From: Candidatus Poribacteria bacterium
Lineage (GTDB): Bacteria; Poribacteria; WGA-4E; PCPOR2b
DNA length: 64,000 nt
Assembly (NCBI GenBank): GCA_965215015.1
Contig: OZ244042.1
Span: 3,104,001 to 3,168,000 of the forward strand
Direction of reading: 5' to 3'
The position numbers were made by a program, and so were the translations under genes. The notes beneath the pieces are model-generated. The model saw only the letters and a list, made by a program, of their open reading frames with translations. It ran no database searches and had not been told where the DNA came from. Shown here in pieces: positions 1 to 10,600 of the stretch (position 1 is its first letter; each line of letters begins with the position of its first letter).

Positions 1-789
1 GCCCTTGATCTGTACCAGAAATCTGAATCCCGGATTGTAATGACACAAAAATGTAGAATTGCACTAGAGCGCGTTGCGACAGACTTAAGCAACCTGCAAG
101 CTGTGCAGGGCGATGATTCTCTCATCATCGTGTCGCAGGATAATCCGATTGAAGAGGGGATTGACAGGGATTTAATTAGTTTCGTGACGTTGATTCATAC
201 CGATCCAGACCCGTTTCTTGCTGAATTGAATGCGTCAAACCAAACAGTCTTAGTAGATGAGGAGGGAGATCCGGCTGAACTTGTGAGCGATGTTCAGCGG
301 ATTGCCTACTATATCGGAGCGGATATCGCTCGACAGATTGAGGTAGAACAAGAGGATGAGATCGAAGTAGGTGGGGAGTTTTTGGCAGCAGATAGCGATA
401 TGGATGGAGGATTAGCCCTTTTCCGGCTCTCAACCACAGCCCTAGATGTGGAAACTGTTATCCAACCTCTGCTTGAATCAGAAACGCTTCCCACCGAGGA
501 TGAAGCGGGGAATCCAATCCATATAAATATTGTCCCGATTATCGATCAGATTATCTCCTTCGATGTAAGGTACTACGATGGAGAAGAGTGGTATGAGTCG
601 TGGGAGAACACCGAAATGATTCCAAGATCTGTCGTTGTTTGGGTGACAGTTGCGGGTGAAAACAGTCAGCGGCATCAGAATACCGGTGCTAACACCATAA
701 CCCAATCGACAATGGTTTATCTGCCAATGAGTGCGAACTTCAGCGAACAACCGCCCGATGGGAGTGCCGCCACGGGTCTGGGTGGATAA
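1..789 (+). CDS. gspJ: Type II secretion minor pseudopilin GspJ-like protein (5'-partial)
   Basis: Frame is open from base 1. C-terminus 'FDVRYYDGEEWYESWE..IPRSVVVWV' is typical of GspJ. Lies directly upstream of gspK. Confidence 0.7.
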   Translation, partial: ALDLYQKSESRIVMTQKCRIALERVATDLSNLQAVQGDDSLIIVSQDNPIEEGIDRDLISFVTLIHTDPDPFLAELNASNQTVLVDEEGDPAELVSDVQRIAYYIGADIARQIEVEQEDEIEVGGEFLAADSDMDGGLALFRLSTTALDVETVIQPLLESETLPTEDEAGNPIHINIVPIIDQIISFDVRYYDGEEWYESWENTEMIPRSVVVWVTVAGENSQRHQNTGANTITQSTMVYLPMSANFSEQPPDGSAATGLGG

Positions 790-805
790 GAAAATAGACA
801 AAAGA

Positions 806-2341
806 ATGGAAAAAAAGAAAGATTCACATTTTCATACTAGAGGTAAGTTTCCGCTACAATTTAGGGTAAACGCGTGTAAATTGTGTAACAATTTATTTAG
901 CGTACCTCAACACACCTGCGAGCGTGGGCTCTCTCTTATCTCGACGCTCTGGCTATTGACAATTCTTTCGGTACTTGCCACCCATTTTCTGTATTCAATT
1001 CGTCTTGAGCAGCGCGCGCAGGCAAACTTCGCGGATCGAACCAAGTTTCACTATGCCGCAAAGGCAGGTTTTGAGCGAGCGGTTGTGATGCTGCGTGGGG
1101 ATGAAACCCCTTACGATTCACTCGGCGAAAATTGGGCAGAGGGACTAGAAGAACAGATTGGGGGTGGCAGCGAAGTCACAAAGGCCCTTACCTACCGCGT
1201 TCAAATCATCGACGAAGGCACCAAAATCAACATTAACACTGCAGATGTAAGTGTAATCCAGGGGCTATTGACCCTTATGGGTTATCAAGAGGCAGAAGCG
1301 ACAGGGCAACCACTTGCAGAAGCGATTGAGCAGGGACGCCCCTACCGCACTGTGCGAGACTTAGCGCGCGTCCAAGGTATGACGCCAGATCTGCTCTACG
1401 GACAACAGGTTGCTGGAGATCCTAATGCGGTTGGAAACGCGGGTAGTGACATAGGGAGGAACACAACAGGGACGCAGCAAAACGTCCCCGGATTAGTCAA
1501 TCTAGTAACGGTCTATTCAATTGACAAAAATACGGATGCAAGTGGGAATCCGCGTGTCAACATTAACACCGCAGAGACACAGCAGCTGACGCAGATCCAA
1601 ACGAACAACAATCAGCCCGTTTTCTCTCAAGGGGAAGCGGATGCATTGATTCAAAAACGCGAATTCGGTAGTACCGGCGATCTGATTGATGTACCGGCGG
1701 TCCCAGAACAGGTTTTTGACAACATTCGTGAGCGGATTAGTGTGGAAAGCAATGAAGAAAAGGATAATACAGTTAATATCAACACCGCCGATGCCGGGCA
1801 GTTGCAGACGTTAGACGGTATTGATGAGGGCATCGCTGAACGGATTATTGATCACCGCAACAGTCAAGGCAACTTCCAAAATGTTGATCAGCTCAAAGAG
1901 GTAAAACTAATAACGGAGGAGGAGTTTAGTAGCATTGTAGATCAGATTACCACAACAGATGACCCAACAATCAGCGGATTTATCAACATCAACACAGCAC
2001 CCCAAGAGATATTGCAGCTCTTGCCGGGTATGGACACGGAAAAAGCCCAAGCAATTATCAATCGTCGCGAATCGGAACCTGAAGACAATCAGAAGGCTAA
2101 AGCGTTGTCAGAAGCTGGTGTTGAAGGAAATCCTTTTGAAAACACCAACCAACTCCTTGATGTGGAGGGGATTGATATGGACACCTTTCGCCAGATTGCT
2201 GAGTTGGTTACCTATCGCTCGCACGGTTTTCTCGTTGAAGTTGCCGGCGTTGATAACCTTGGCAAAACGATTGCATCTTGTGTTGGGGTACTGGATCGCA
2301 CCGGGGAACAGATTGTGACCAAGTATTGGAGGCAAAATTAG
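806..2341 (+). CDS. gspK: GspK-like pseudopilin with multiple ComEA-type helix-hairpin-helix repeats
   Basis: Prepilin-like 'RG/LSLISTLWLLTILSVL', 'DSLGENWA' and 'IIDEGTKININTA'; four (V/I)NINTA repeats. The ATG at 806 was chosen because it avoids overlap with gspJ. Confidence 0.85.
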   Translation: MEKKKDSHFHTRGKFPLQFRVNACKLCNNLFSVPQHTCERGLSLISTLWLLTILSVLATHFLYSIRLEQRAQANFADRTKFHYAAKAGFERAVVMLRGDETPYDSLGENWAEGLEEQIGGGSEVTKALTYRVQIIDEGTKININTADVSVIQGLLTLMGYQEAEATGQPLAEAIEQGRPYRTVRDLARVQGMTPDLLYGQQVAGDPNAVGNAGSDIGRNTTGTQQNVPGLVNLVTVYSIDKNTDASGNPRVNINTAETQQLTQIQTNNNQPVFSQGEADALIQKREFGSTGDLIDVPAVPEQVFDNIRERISVESNEEKDNTVNINTADAGQLQTLDGIDEGIAERIIDHRNSQGNFQNVDQLKEVKLITEEEFSSIVDQITTTDDPTISGFININTAPQEILQLLPGMDTEKAQAIINRRESEPEDNQKAKALSEAGVEGNPFENTNQLLDVEGIDMDTFRQIAELVTYRSHGFLVEVAGVDNLGKTIASCVGVLDRTGEQIVTKYWRQN

Positions 2342-2354
2342 GTTGGAGACTGTT

Positions 2355-3341
2355 ATGGAGAAAGCCCCGCGAAACCGAACAATAACACTATCAGATCAGG
2401 AAAGAACAGACTACCAACGGCATTTATTAAAAATCACTAGTCCTGTTTCAATGAATGGCATCCTAAACAGAGTTATCAATCAAGATTTTCACCATATCCT
2501 TGATTGGCTTCCCTCACGTTTTATCGATCTCCTCTTTCTCGATCCGCCATATAATTTGACCAAGCACTTTAACACCTACTCTTTTAAGCAGAAGTCAGTT
2601 GAGGGGTACATGGAGTGGCTGGAATCCTGGCTCCCCAAAATGATACGGTTGTTAAAGCCGGGGGCATCGGTCTATATTTGTGGAGATTGGCGGTCTTCTA
2701 CTGCAATTCAGCTCGTTTGCGATAGGTATCTGATTGTCAGAAACAGAATTACTTTTGAGCGGGAAAAAGGACGCGGGGCAAAAAAGAATTGGAAGAATAA
2801 CTCTGAGGATATTTGGTTCTGTACTGCCTCGAACGATTACTATTTTGATGCAGATGTTGTGAAGCTCAAGCGGCACGCAATCGCGCCCTATCGGGCAAAT
2901 GGGGAACCAAAAGATTGGACCAAAGAAGTAGATGGAAACTTTCGACTCACTGCGCCATCAAACATCTGGACAGACCTCACCATCCCCTTTTGGTCAATGC
3001 CGGAAAATACACCCCATCCAACGCAAAAATCTGAAAAACTGCTAGCGAAACTAATCCTTGCAAGTTCGAGAAGGGGGGACCTCGTTTTCGACCCTTTTGC
3101 GGGGAGTGGTACAACAGGAGTTGTGGCGAAGAAACTAGGGCGAAATTTCGTCATGGTTGAAATTGACAAAGAATATTGTCTTTATGCCCAGAAAAGGCTG
3201 CAGACAGCTGAGACTGATACAACGATTCAAGGATACGCCGATGGGGTTTTCTGGGAGCGAAACACATTACGGGATATGAAGAAAAAGCAACAAGGAAAAT
3301 CAAAGGGTGAGGATACGCTTGAACTATTTCCAAAAAACTAA
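2355..3341 (+). CDS. Site-specific DNA methyltransferase (N4-C/N6-A, beta class)
   Basis: DPPY motif precedes HPTQK and the SAM-binding 'DPFAGSGTT' (beta order). Confidence 0.92.
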   Translation: MEKAPRNRTITLSDQERTDYQRHLLKITSPVSMNGILNRVINQDFHHILDWLPSRFIDLLFLDPPYNLTKHFNTYSFKQKSVEGYMEWLESWLPKMIRLLKPGASVYICGDWRSSTAIQLVCDRYLIVRNRITFEREKGRGAKKNWKNNSEDIWFCTASNDYYFDADVVKLKRHAIAPYRANGEPKDWTKEVDGNFRLTAPSNIWTDLTIPFWSMPENTPHPTQKSEKLLAKLILASSRRGDLVFDPFAGSGTTGVVAKKLGRNFVMVEIDKEYCLYAQKRLQTAETDTTIQGYADGVFWERNTLRDMKKKQQGKSKGEDTLELFPKN

Positions 3342-3347
3342 TTAAGG

Positions 3348-3540
3348 TAGGACTTACACAGCTGAAGGCTCAAAGCCGACACCAGAGAAGGGCGCGCAAT
3401 GTTCAGGGTTGGTTGAGCCATGACTCTAGCGCAATAGTCACGGTATCCCTTGGCGATCAATCGCCGCTGGACACCCTTGCTAACACCTGATGAATCGGGC
3501 AACTACAGCAGAGACTCCCTACAGAAGTACGTAACTCCTA
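3348..3540. mobile_element. MITE family A, copy 1
   Basis: Ends TAGGACTTAC...GTAACTCCTA form an imperfect TIR. Flanked by direct repeat ATTAAGG (3341-3347 and 3541-3547). Clearly homologous to 22639-22921. Confidence 0.85.
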
Positions 3541-3553
3541 ATTAAGGACAGAA

Positions 3554-4234
3554 GTGAAGAGCCGAATTTTTCACACACATACTTGTGAAAATGTTGCAGA
3601 TAATATAAGGGTATTTCTCAATAGTTACCCTGACTTTCTTACACCAAGCACTGGCACCAGTCCGCGAGCAACAGGCGATGCAATTCAGCATATTCTCGAA
3701 GAAGGCTTTGGACAGATTATTGGGGATTTGTCTAAAGAATATTCTGTGAATTTTGCGCGACGAGCAATGGCTGATTTAGCTTTCACAGATCTCGACAATC
3801 TCTATTGCATCGTAGATGTGAAAACTCACCGATTGGAAACGAAATTTAACATGCCAAATCTTACTTCTTCTTACTTCTGTGGAAAGGTTAGTACGTTTCT
3901 ATGAGGATAACCAGAATTATTTTGTGTTGTTAATGATAGCCTACACCATATCAGGTGTCCATGTAAATGTAGAAAGCGTCCATTTTGCACCGATTGAATT
4001 TTTATCGTGGCAATGCTTAACAATTGGTGCCTTGGGTTAGGGCAGATACAAATTGCCAATGCAAATAACATAATTATAAACAAAGGATATTCTAGAAAGA
4101 AGTGGATGTTAGAGTTGTGCGACACATTAGATGATTTTTATCCTCGTGAAATCGAAAAAGTAAAAAACAGAATTTATCACTTTAAGCAAATCAGAGAACA
4201 ATGGGAAGAAAAAGTAGACATTTGGGAATTATGA
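3554..4234 (+). pseudogene. Putative type II restriction endonuclease, frameshifted
   Basis: PD-(D/E)xK-like 'ADLAF..VDVKT' next to an MTase. 10-bp tandem duplication TCTTACTTCT at 3859-3878. A second lesion at about 4038 (TAG, -1 nt) returns to the original frame. Confidence 0.75.
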
Positions 4235-4303
4235 CGAAATTCCGGATGGTCACAATGCTATAAATTCACTCCATAAGCTCATAGAGCCTATTTAGGAAAA
4301 ATC

Positions 4304-6007
4304 ATGGCAAAGAACCAAATCGTATCCATCGATATTGGAACGAGTGCAATCAAGTTGGTACAGCTAGAGCAAACTGCGTTAGGGATTCGTCTTGTGGGCG
4401 CGGGGGTAGAGACGTATCCCCATGTGGATCCAACGGCAACAGTCTCGACTGAAATAATCTCGCAAACCTTGCAGCGTCTTTGGAGGGATGTGAGCGGCCG
4501 GAGCATTCCAGTGGTACTGTCAATTCCTCGCTTGTCAGTTACGTCGCGTCGATTAACAAACCTCCCTGCAGCCGCAACAGATCACCAACTCTCAAACCTA
4601 GTTGCCATGCAGGCAGAAACGGAACTTCCCTTCCGGGTAGAAGGTGCTATCTACGATTACCACGACGTGCGCCGCTCGGAGCAGGGTATATCCGTCGAGC
4701 TGATCGCTGCAAAACGCGAGACGGTGCAACAACAAATTAATTATCTAAAACCGATCGGTCTCGCGCCGAAAAGTGTGATACCTTCGACGCTAGCGACGAG
4801 TGTGTTGGCGGGAATAGTAAACCACAAGGATAGTGCATCGGCCGGAATGACGATGGTTGTGGATATCGGCGCGGGACGGACGGACCTCTGCTTGATGGCT
4901 GGCGATACCCTACGATTTTCACGAAGTTTTCCTGTTGGTGGGGACCACTTAACGCATCTGTATCAGCAAGAAATGGGAGGTGACTTTGAACTCGCCGAAA
5001 GGCGAAAAATTGCTAATGCTGCGTTGGATCGACAGTCTCAAAGTGCCAACCCGTCTTACGAATGGGCGGATGGGCTTGTCGCGGAGTTGAAGCGTTCGAT
5101 CAACGGCGCCAAACGGGAACTTAACATTAACGGAGGTAGGATTGTCAGCGAAATCTGGTTGTGTGGCGGGGGGGCACGGATTCGCGGATTAGCAGACTAT
5201 ATCGCGGATCGATTGGACGTTCCAACCCGGTTTTGGAATCCACTTGACGCTTTTAAGGCCGTTTCGGATGAACAACGCTCTAACTTCCAAGCTGTTGATG
5301 CTTTCAGCGATACCTTCGCTGTCGCATTGGGGCTGGGTGTCAATGCGCTGACCTCCCAAATCTCCTTGGACCTCCTTCCCTCAGAAGAGAGGATCAAACT
5401 GACACAAACCCAGCAGCGGAAGCGCACATTAATGGCTGTCGCAGCTGGATTGACTTTGCTAGCTGGGCTTGGACTTGGTGGAATGACGCTGAGTCGCATC
5501 CGTCAGGCGAAAATTGTCGCGCTGGATGGAGCGATCAGAAACATCAGCCAAGCTGAATCCAATGCCAAAAGAGCATTGGTCAAAGATTTAGCCATGGTAA
5601 ATCTTTTAGCCCCCCGTGCTTTACCCCTTGATATAGTGCGCGAGTTGAGTGTACGGTTTTCTGACCGCACGAAGATTGCTTGGACAACGCTCAACATCAG
5701 TAGACTAGATGACCCTGAAAAAGCGAAGATTACTTTTAATATCGAAGCCCAGTCGCATCAAGACGTTAGTCAGGCAATTAGTGTTATGGCGCAATCGGGG
5801 GCGTTTGCAAATATCAAATCTGGTCGGGTTGCCAGCATTGAACGGGATAAGAAGCCAATTTTCCAAGCGCAGATTACCTGCAATCTGGCAAAAGATGCGA
5901 TTCAACTGTTTGCCCAAACCCGTCACCTTAATCAAAATCGGTCGCCGAAATCCAAGAGTAACGGGCAAAAAAGAGAGGTCCAAGAAGGAAAGAAAGTTGA
6001 CAAATGA
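4304..6007 (+). CDS. pilM: PilM-like actin-fold protein fused to TM plus PilN-like domain (GspL equivalent)
   Basis: 'IDIGTSAIK', 'VVDIGAGRTD', 'LCGGGA' and 'FAVALGLG', then 'LDLLP' plus a TM helix and a periplasmic domain. Confidence 0.85.
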   Translation: MAKNQIVSIDIGTSAIKLVQLEQTALGIRLVGAGVETYPHVDPTATVSTEIISQTLQRLWRDVSGRSIPVVLSIPRLSVTSRRLTNLPAAATDHQLSNLVAMQAETELPFRVEGAIYDYHDVRRSEQGISVELIAAKRETVQQQINYLKPIGLAPKSVIPSTLATSVLAGIVNHKDSASAGMTMVVDIGAGRTDLCLMAGDTLRFSRSFPVGGDHLTHLYQQEMGGDFELAERRKIANAALDRQSQSANPSYEWADGLVAELKRSINGAKRELNINGGRIVSEIWLCGGGARIRGLADYIADRLDVPTRFWNPLDAFKAVSDEQRSNFQAVDAFSDTFAVALGLGVNALTSQISLDLLPSEERIKLTQTQQRKRTLMAVAAGLTLLAGLGLGGMTLSRIRQAKIVALDGAIRNISQAESNAKRALVKDLAMVNLLAPRALPLDIVRELSVRFSDRTKIAWTTLNISRLDDPEKAKITFNIEAQSHQDVSQAISVMAQSGAFANIKSGRVASIERDKKPIFQAQITCNLAKDAIQLFAQTRHLNQNRSPKSKSNGQKREVQEGKKVDK

Positions 6008-7458
6008 GAAAACTTACACGGCGTGAAATCGCTCTACTTACTGTCTTCGCGCTTGTGCTATTGATCTTCCTCATCGAGCCAATAATTCGACAAGGTTTCC
6101 CCGGTGATGAACTCACTGCTAAACAGGAGAGGCTGCAAACGGCGCAGAATCTGGTCCAGCTTGCTCAAGTCACGCAGCAAATTGATCGGAAGATTCAGGC
6201 ACAAGTTGGCTTAGAAGGACAAATTATCTCTGATTCTCTATTTGAGGAAATTGCCAACCGCGTTGATTTAGAAGCCCTCAATCGAGCGCATCGCGCATCC
6301 GCACTGGCAGCACTGCACCCTGCCCTTGAGAATAAGGCAGATTCACTGCTCGCTTATAAAAAACATTACGGCAAATTGGAAAGTTTAGACAAGCTAAAGG
6401 AGATACGAGGGCCTATCTTCGAGGGGGAGCAGGCACAGGCGATAATTTCGCGGCGAATCTCCGATCTTGCGAAAAAAGCAGGGCTGCGTCCCAACTATCA
6501 ACTCAATATTAGCCCGATACCGGGGACAAAGTCTGAACAGCTCCCGCCGCAAACGAAGAAAAATCTGGTGTACTATCTCTACTTAGACGAACTAGCGACC
6601 GAAACCCAGCAGTTGCAATCAGAGCAAAACGCCATAGAAGAAGAGGAGGAACAAGGACAAATCGAAACTGAGGAAGCGGCGATGGAGGCAATGTTTGATG
6701 CTTGGTGGGGGAAAGATGATATGAAAGATAAGAGTAAAGAGGGGGCAGTAGAAACCGAATCCAAAGAACAGCGATTCGAGGCTGATACAGTCCAAGACGG
6801 GCAACCACAAGGGGTGCCCCTACAGGATACGCTGTCAAGCCCGGAAACTCCCCAGCGGGAAGTTAATCGCCAATTTGCGTCGTTACCAGAAATCATCCCT
6901 TTAACACTGCGAATAGAACTGCTACAGTTTATTCAATCAAATCTAAAACAACAACTATCTGGAGTGCTCGAATCCAAAAGGGGGTTCCTTGAAGTTCAAA
7001 TCGCCGTAGGAACTGACGAAGCGGGGGGCGGTTTTTTGGGAATCGGTGCTAAAAAGCAGACGACAGCCATCAAGCTCAAGTCTAACAGTGCCCTGTTGTC
7101 GAAATTCGAGACATTAATCAACCGCTATGAAACGAAACAGGATTATAGCACGGAGGAGATGGAGAATACACTGGATTATGATCAGCAAATCCGCGCCCTT
7201 ACCCAGTACATTGATCAGATTTTGGAACAGGAAGATAGACTTACTGGTTGGCTTGCCACAGTTCCCTCTACCCATCAGCCCGAAGCGTACATTGTTGATA
7301 TGCGCTTCAGCAACAACATTGAGAAAGTTGTCCGGTTAATCTACGCAATCGAATCCAGCTCGAAATGGTTACAGGTCAGAGATCTACAAATCACTGTAGC
7401 GGACAAGAAGCAAACGACCATCAGCGCAAATCTCTCGATGATTGCGAGAGTTCTCTAA
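6004..7458 (+). CDS. GspM/PilO-like membrane protein with inserted HhH-like and acidic regions
   Basis: N-terminus 'LTRREIALL' plus TM. C-terminal 'RLIYAIESSSKWLQVRDLQI' resembles GspM/PilO. ATGA overlap with pilM. Confidence 0.6.
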   Translation: MRKLTRREIALLTVFALVLLIFLIEPIIRQGFPGDELTAKQERLQTAQNLVQLAQVTQQIDRKIQAQVGLEGQIISDSLFEEIANRVDLEALNRAHRASALAALHPALENKADSLLAYKKHYGKLESLDKLKEIRGPIFEGEQAQAIISRRISDLAKKAGLRPNYQLNISPIPGTKSEQLPPQTKKNLVYYLYLDELATETQQLQSEQNAIEEEEEQGQIETEEAAMEAMFDAWWGKDDMKDKSKEGAVETESKEQRFEADTVQDGQPQGVPLQDTLSSPETPQREVNRQFASLPEIIPLTLRIELLQFIQSNLKQQLSGVLESKRGFLEVQIAVGTDEAGGGFLGIGAKKQTTAIKLKSNSALLSKFETLINRYETKQDYSTEEMENTLDYDQQIRALTQYIDQILEQEDRLTGWLATVPSTHQPEAYIVDMRFSNNIEKVVRLIYAIESSSKWLQVRDLQITVADKKQTTISANLSMIARVL

Positions 7459-7611
7459 TGAAACGTAAAACGTGAGGAGATTTCTGCCTTTTGGGACGTA
7501 TTCTCAAACATAGATGTGAGACGTGATAAAACGCAAAGGCGCAAGGGCACAAGCCTTTTTATGTTTGCGTGTCCTAGTGTTCTATTTTTTTCAACTGTTT
7601 AAAGGAAGGTT

Positions 7612-10600
7612 TTGACAATGTGTTTTCAACAATCTAGATGTTATAAGTACCTAACTAGAAGTTCTGGTGCATTGCGTAAGGTGGGCATTCAACTGAATCG
7701 GAGGCACCAAGACGCGGTGGACAGTAGCCATTCTACTGTCAAGGTACTTATCCTCCTCATACTATCAATATCCATTGGGTGCATTACTGGACCTTTTGCC
7801 ACATTAGTGTTGGCACAGGAAAATAATCAGAGAGGGATGGAAGTCGTGGAGCGTGACGAGGAGGGGAAAGCCATTCGATTTAACTTTGACTTCCCAAGCG
7901 GGAATCTGCAGAGCTTGATCAAGTTTATCAGTGCAGAGACAAATCTAACGATTATTGCCTCTGAAAACGACATTAAAGAGAAGAAGTTTGCACTGACCAA
8001 CCTCAAGAACGTAACAATTGACGAAACGCTGGAAGAGATTAAAACGGTTCTCGCTCAATATGACCTGACCATGATTCGGACAAATAATACTTTGCTGATT
8101 ACGACATTCGAGAAGGCTGTCAAAATGAAAGTGCCTGTGAAACGAATCGTGGCAGACCCAAATCTGATTGAACAAACCGACGAAATCCAGACATATATAA
8201 TTCAATTGAACAGTGCCGTTGCCTCAGAGCTGGTGAATAGCCTCAAGCCGCTGTTGAGCAAAGCAGCGAATATTTTCGCGGATGGTAACAGCAACTCCTT
8301 AATCATTACCGACGTCGCCTCCAATATCCATCGCATTGCAACCATTTTACAGGCAGCCGATGAAGCCCCGGAAACCCCGCTCAAAGTGGAAATCATTCCG
8401 CTGCATAATGCCACGGCGGCATCGCTCGCCCGGACCTTGAATGATGTTTTCCAGCAGGAAGGTGAAGTTGCGAACCTCCTGCGGAAGATGAGTTCAACGA
8501 GTAAGCCTGAAGAAATGCAGGAGATGATAGAGCGTGCTAGAGAGCAAGGAGGTAGCATCGATATGATTCGTGGGCGCATTCAGATTTCCGCCGACGAAAG
8601 TTCAAACTCCTTGATTGTCAAAGCCTCCGAAGCTAACCTCGTTGTGTTGAAAAACCTGATCCAACAACTTGACACAGCACCGAGCGTTCAAACGGAAATT
8701 AAGATTTTTCGGCTAAACTTCGCAATTGCCCAAGATGTTGCCCAGACGCTTGAAGAATTAATAACAGGCGTGAGCGCGGGCAGGCGCCCCGGGAGAAACG
8801 CAGAATGGTGGGAGCGGCGTGAATGGGAACGAACTCGTCGAAATATGATGCAGAGACGGGCTGAAGGCGAACAGGATTACCAGAGTATCGTCGGGACCGT
8901 AAATATCTCATCAAGTGATCGCTTGAATGCTGTGCTTATTTCCTCCGATCCGCGAAACTTCCCCATTATTGAGAAAATCATCGCACAACTGGACCAAGCC
9001 GATCCGCAAGAGGAAATCCGAATCTATTTCTTGAAATTCGCCGAAGCGCAAAGCCTATCTGATAGCCTGCGAGATCTCTTCGAAGGCGGCGATTCCGGCC
9101 GGAATGAAGACCTGCCGTGGTGGTGGCGTCGGGACGAAGAAAGGAGAGGAAGTGAGGGTGGGTTTGGCGTCCAAGGGGACGTTCACCTCGTGCCAGATAC
9201 CCGCTTGAACGCCCTTTTGGTCTCGACCGCTTCCCAAAACTTTGAAACAATTGACGGCTTGATCAAGCGTCTTGATGTCAACATGCCGGATCAGGAGTGG
9301 GGTACACACATCTATAAACTAGAACATGCGGACGCGGAAAATGTCGCTAATATTATCAACAATGTCTATCAAGGTACGAACAATAGAAGCGGCGGCTTCT
9401 TCTTTTTTGTCCCCGGACGGGCACGGAATCAGAACCAGGGCGCCCTCGCCGGAAATGTGACCGCGGAGGCTTATCCGACGCTCAACGCTGTGATTATCTC
9501 CACCGCGACGCAACGGAATTTCGCACTCATTACGCAGTTCGTTGAAGAACTTGATACGCCGACGCCTGAAGGACAGCGTGAGGTTACCAAACTGATTCGC
9601 CTTGAATATGCAAATGCTGAAGAGGTCGAAGATTTGCTCGAAGATGTGTGGGGCGAAGACTCAGAAGACGATGGCGGTAGGTTCAACTTTGGACGCTTCC
9701 TCGCACGGGGAGGGACCCTTGAGCAGAATGACATCAATTCGCTGCGCGGTCAGGTCCAAGTAGAAGCGGATAACCAGACCAATTCGGTGCTCGTAACGAC
9801 CGCACAACGATACATGACAGAGGTAGAAGCCATGATCCGTGAACTCGACTTTGTGCGGGGACAGGTTTGGATCGATATACAAATCCTTGAAGTGACCCTT
9901 GATGAAAGCACGAAACTCGGCGTAGAGTTGACAGCACGAGAACGCGGCTTGTTTGGCGCAGAGGTTCGAGGGGGCAACCCGCTCGTCGGAGAATTTGGAG
10001 CGGAACTGGGATTGAATCAGGAAATCAGTGGCTTCAACATCAGCTTGGCGACAAAGGAATACATGGCATTGCTGCACACACTGATGCGCGAGAACAAGGT
10101 ACAAACCATATCGACACCAGCACTGCTCACACGCGATAACCGTGAAGCCACATGGAATTCCGGCAGACGCGTCCCGTACCTGCAAAGTGCCGATGTTACA
10201 AGTCTTGCTGATAATCTGACACAGCCGCTCTTCAACTACGACTTCATTGACCCGCCGGTTGGCGTCACCATCACAATTACACCCCATATTGCGAAATCAC
10301 AAACGAAGGATAGCAAAAAGCGCACTATCGGCCTCGACATCTCTCAGATTACCTTGAGTAATTTTGTCGAGTTCACCGATTTTAACGCACCTATCACGGA
10401 GGACAGTTCAATTAGTGCCTTCATCGATGTAGAAGACGGACAACAGATTGTGGTGGGCGGCATGATTAAGGAAAAACGCCAGCAAATCGAGAGTAAGGTG
10501 CCGATTCTTGGAGATATCCCCTTTATCGGTGGCCTCTTCAAAAAGACGGAGACCGTCACGGAAAACTCTGAGGTTGTCATCATTATCACGCCACATATCA

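Noticed and set aside
7459-7600. AAACGT-type short repeats before gspD (similar at 58200-58255)
   Set aside because: Too few and too degenerate to call an array or binding site.
9661-10287. 208-aa antisense ORF in gspD and similar shadow ORFs throughout
   Set aside because: They are antisense shadows of well-supported genes.
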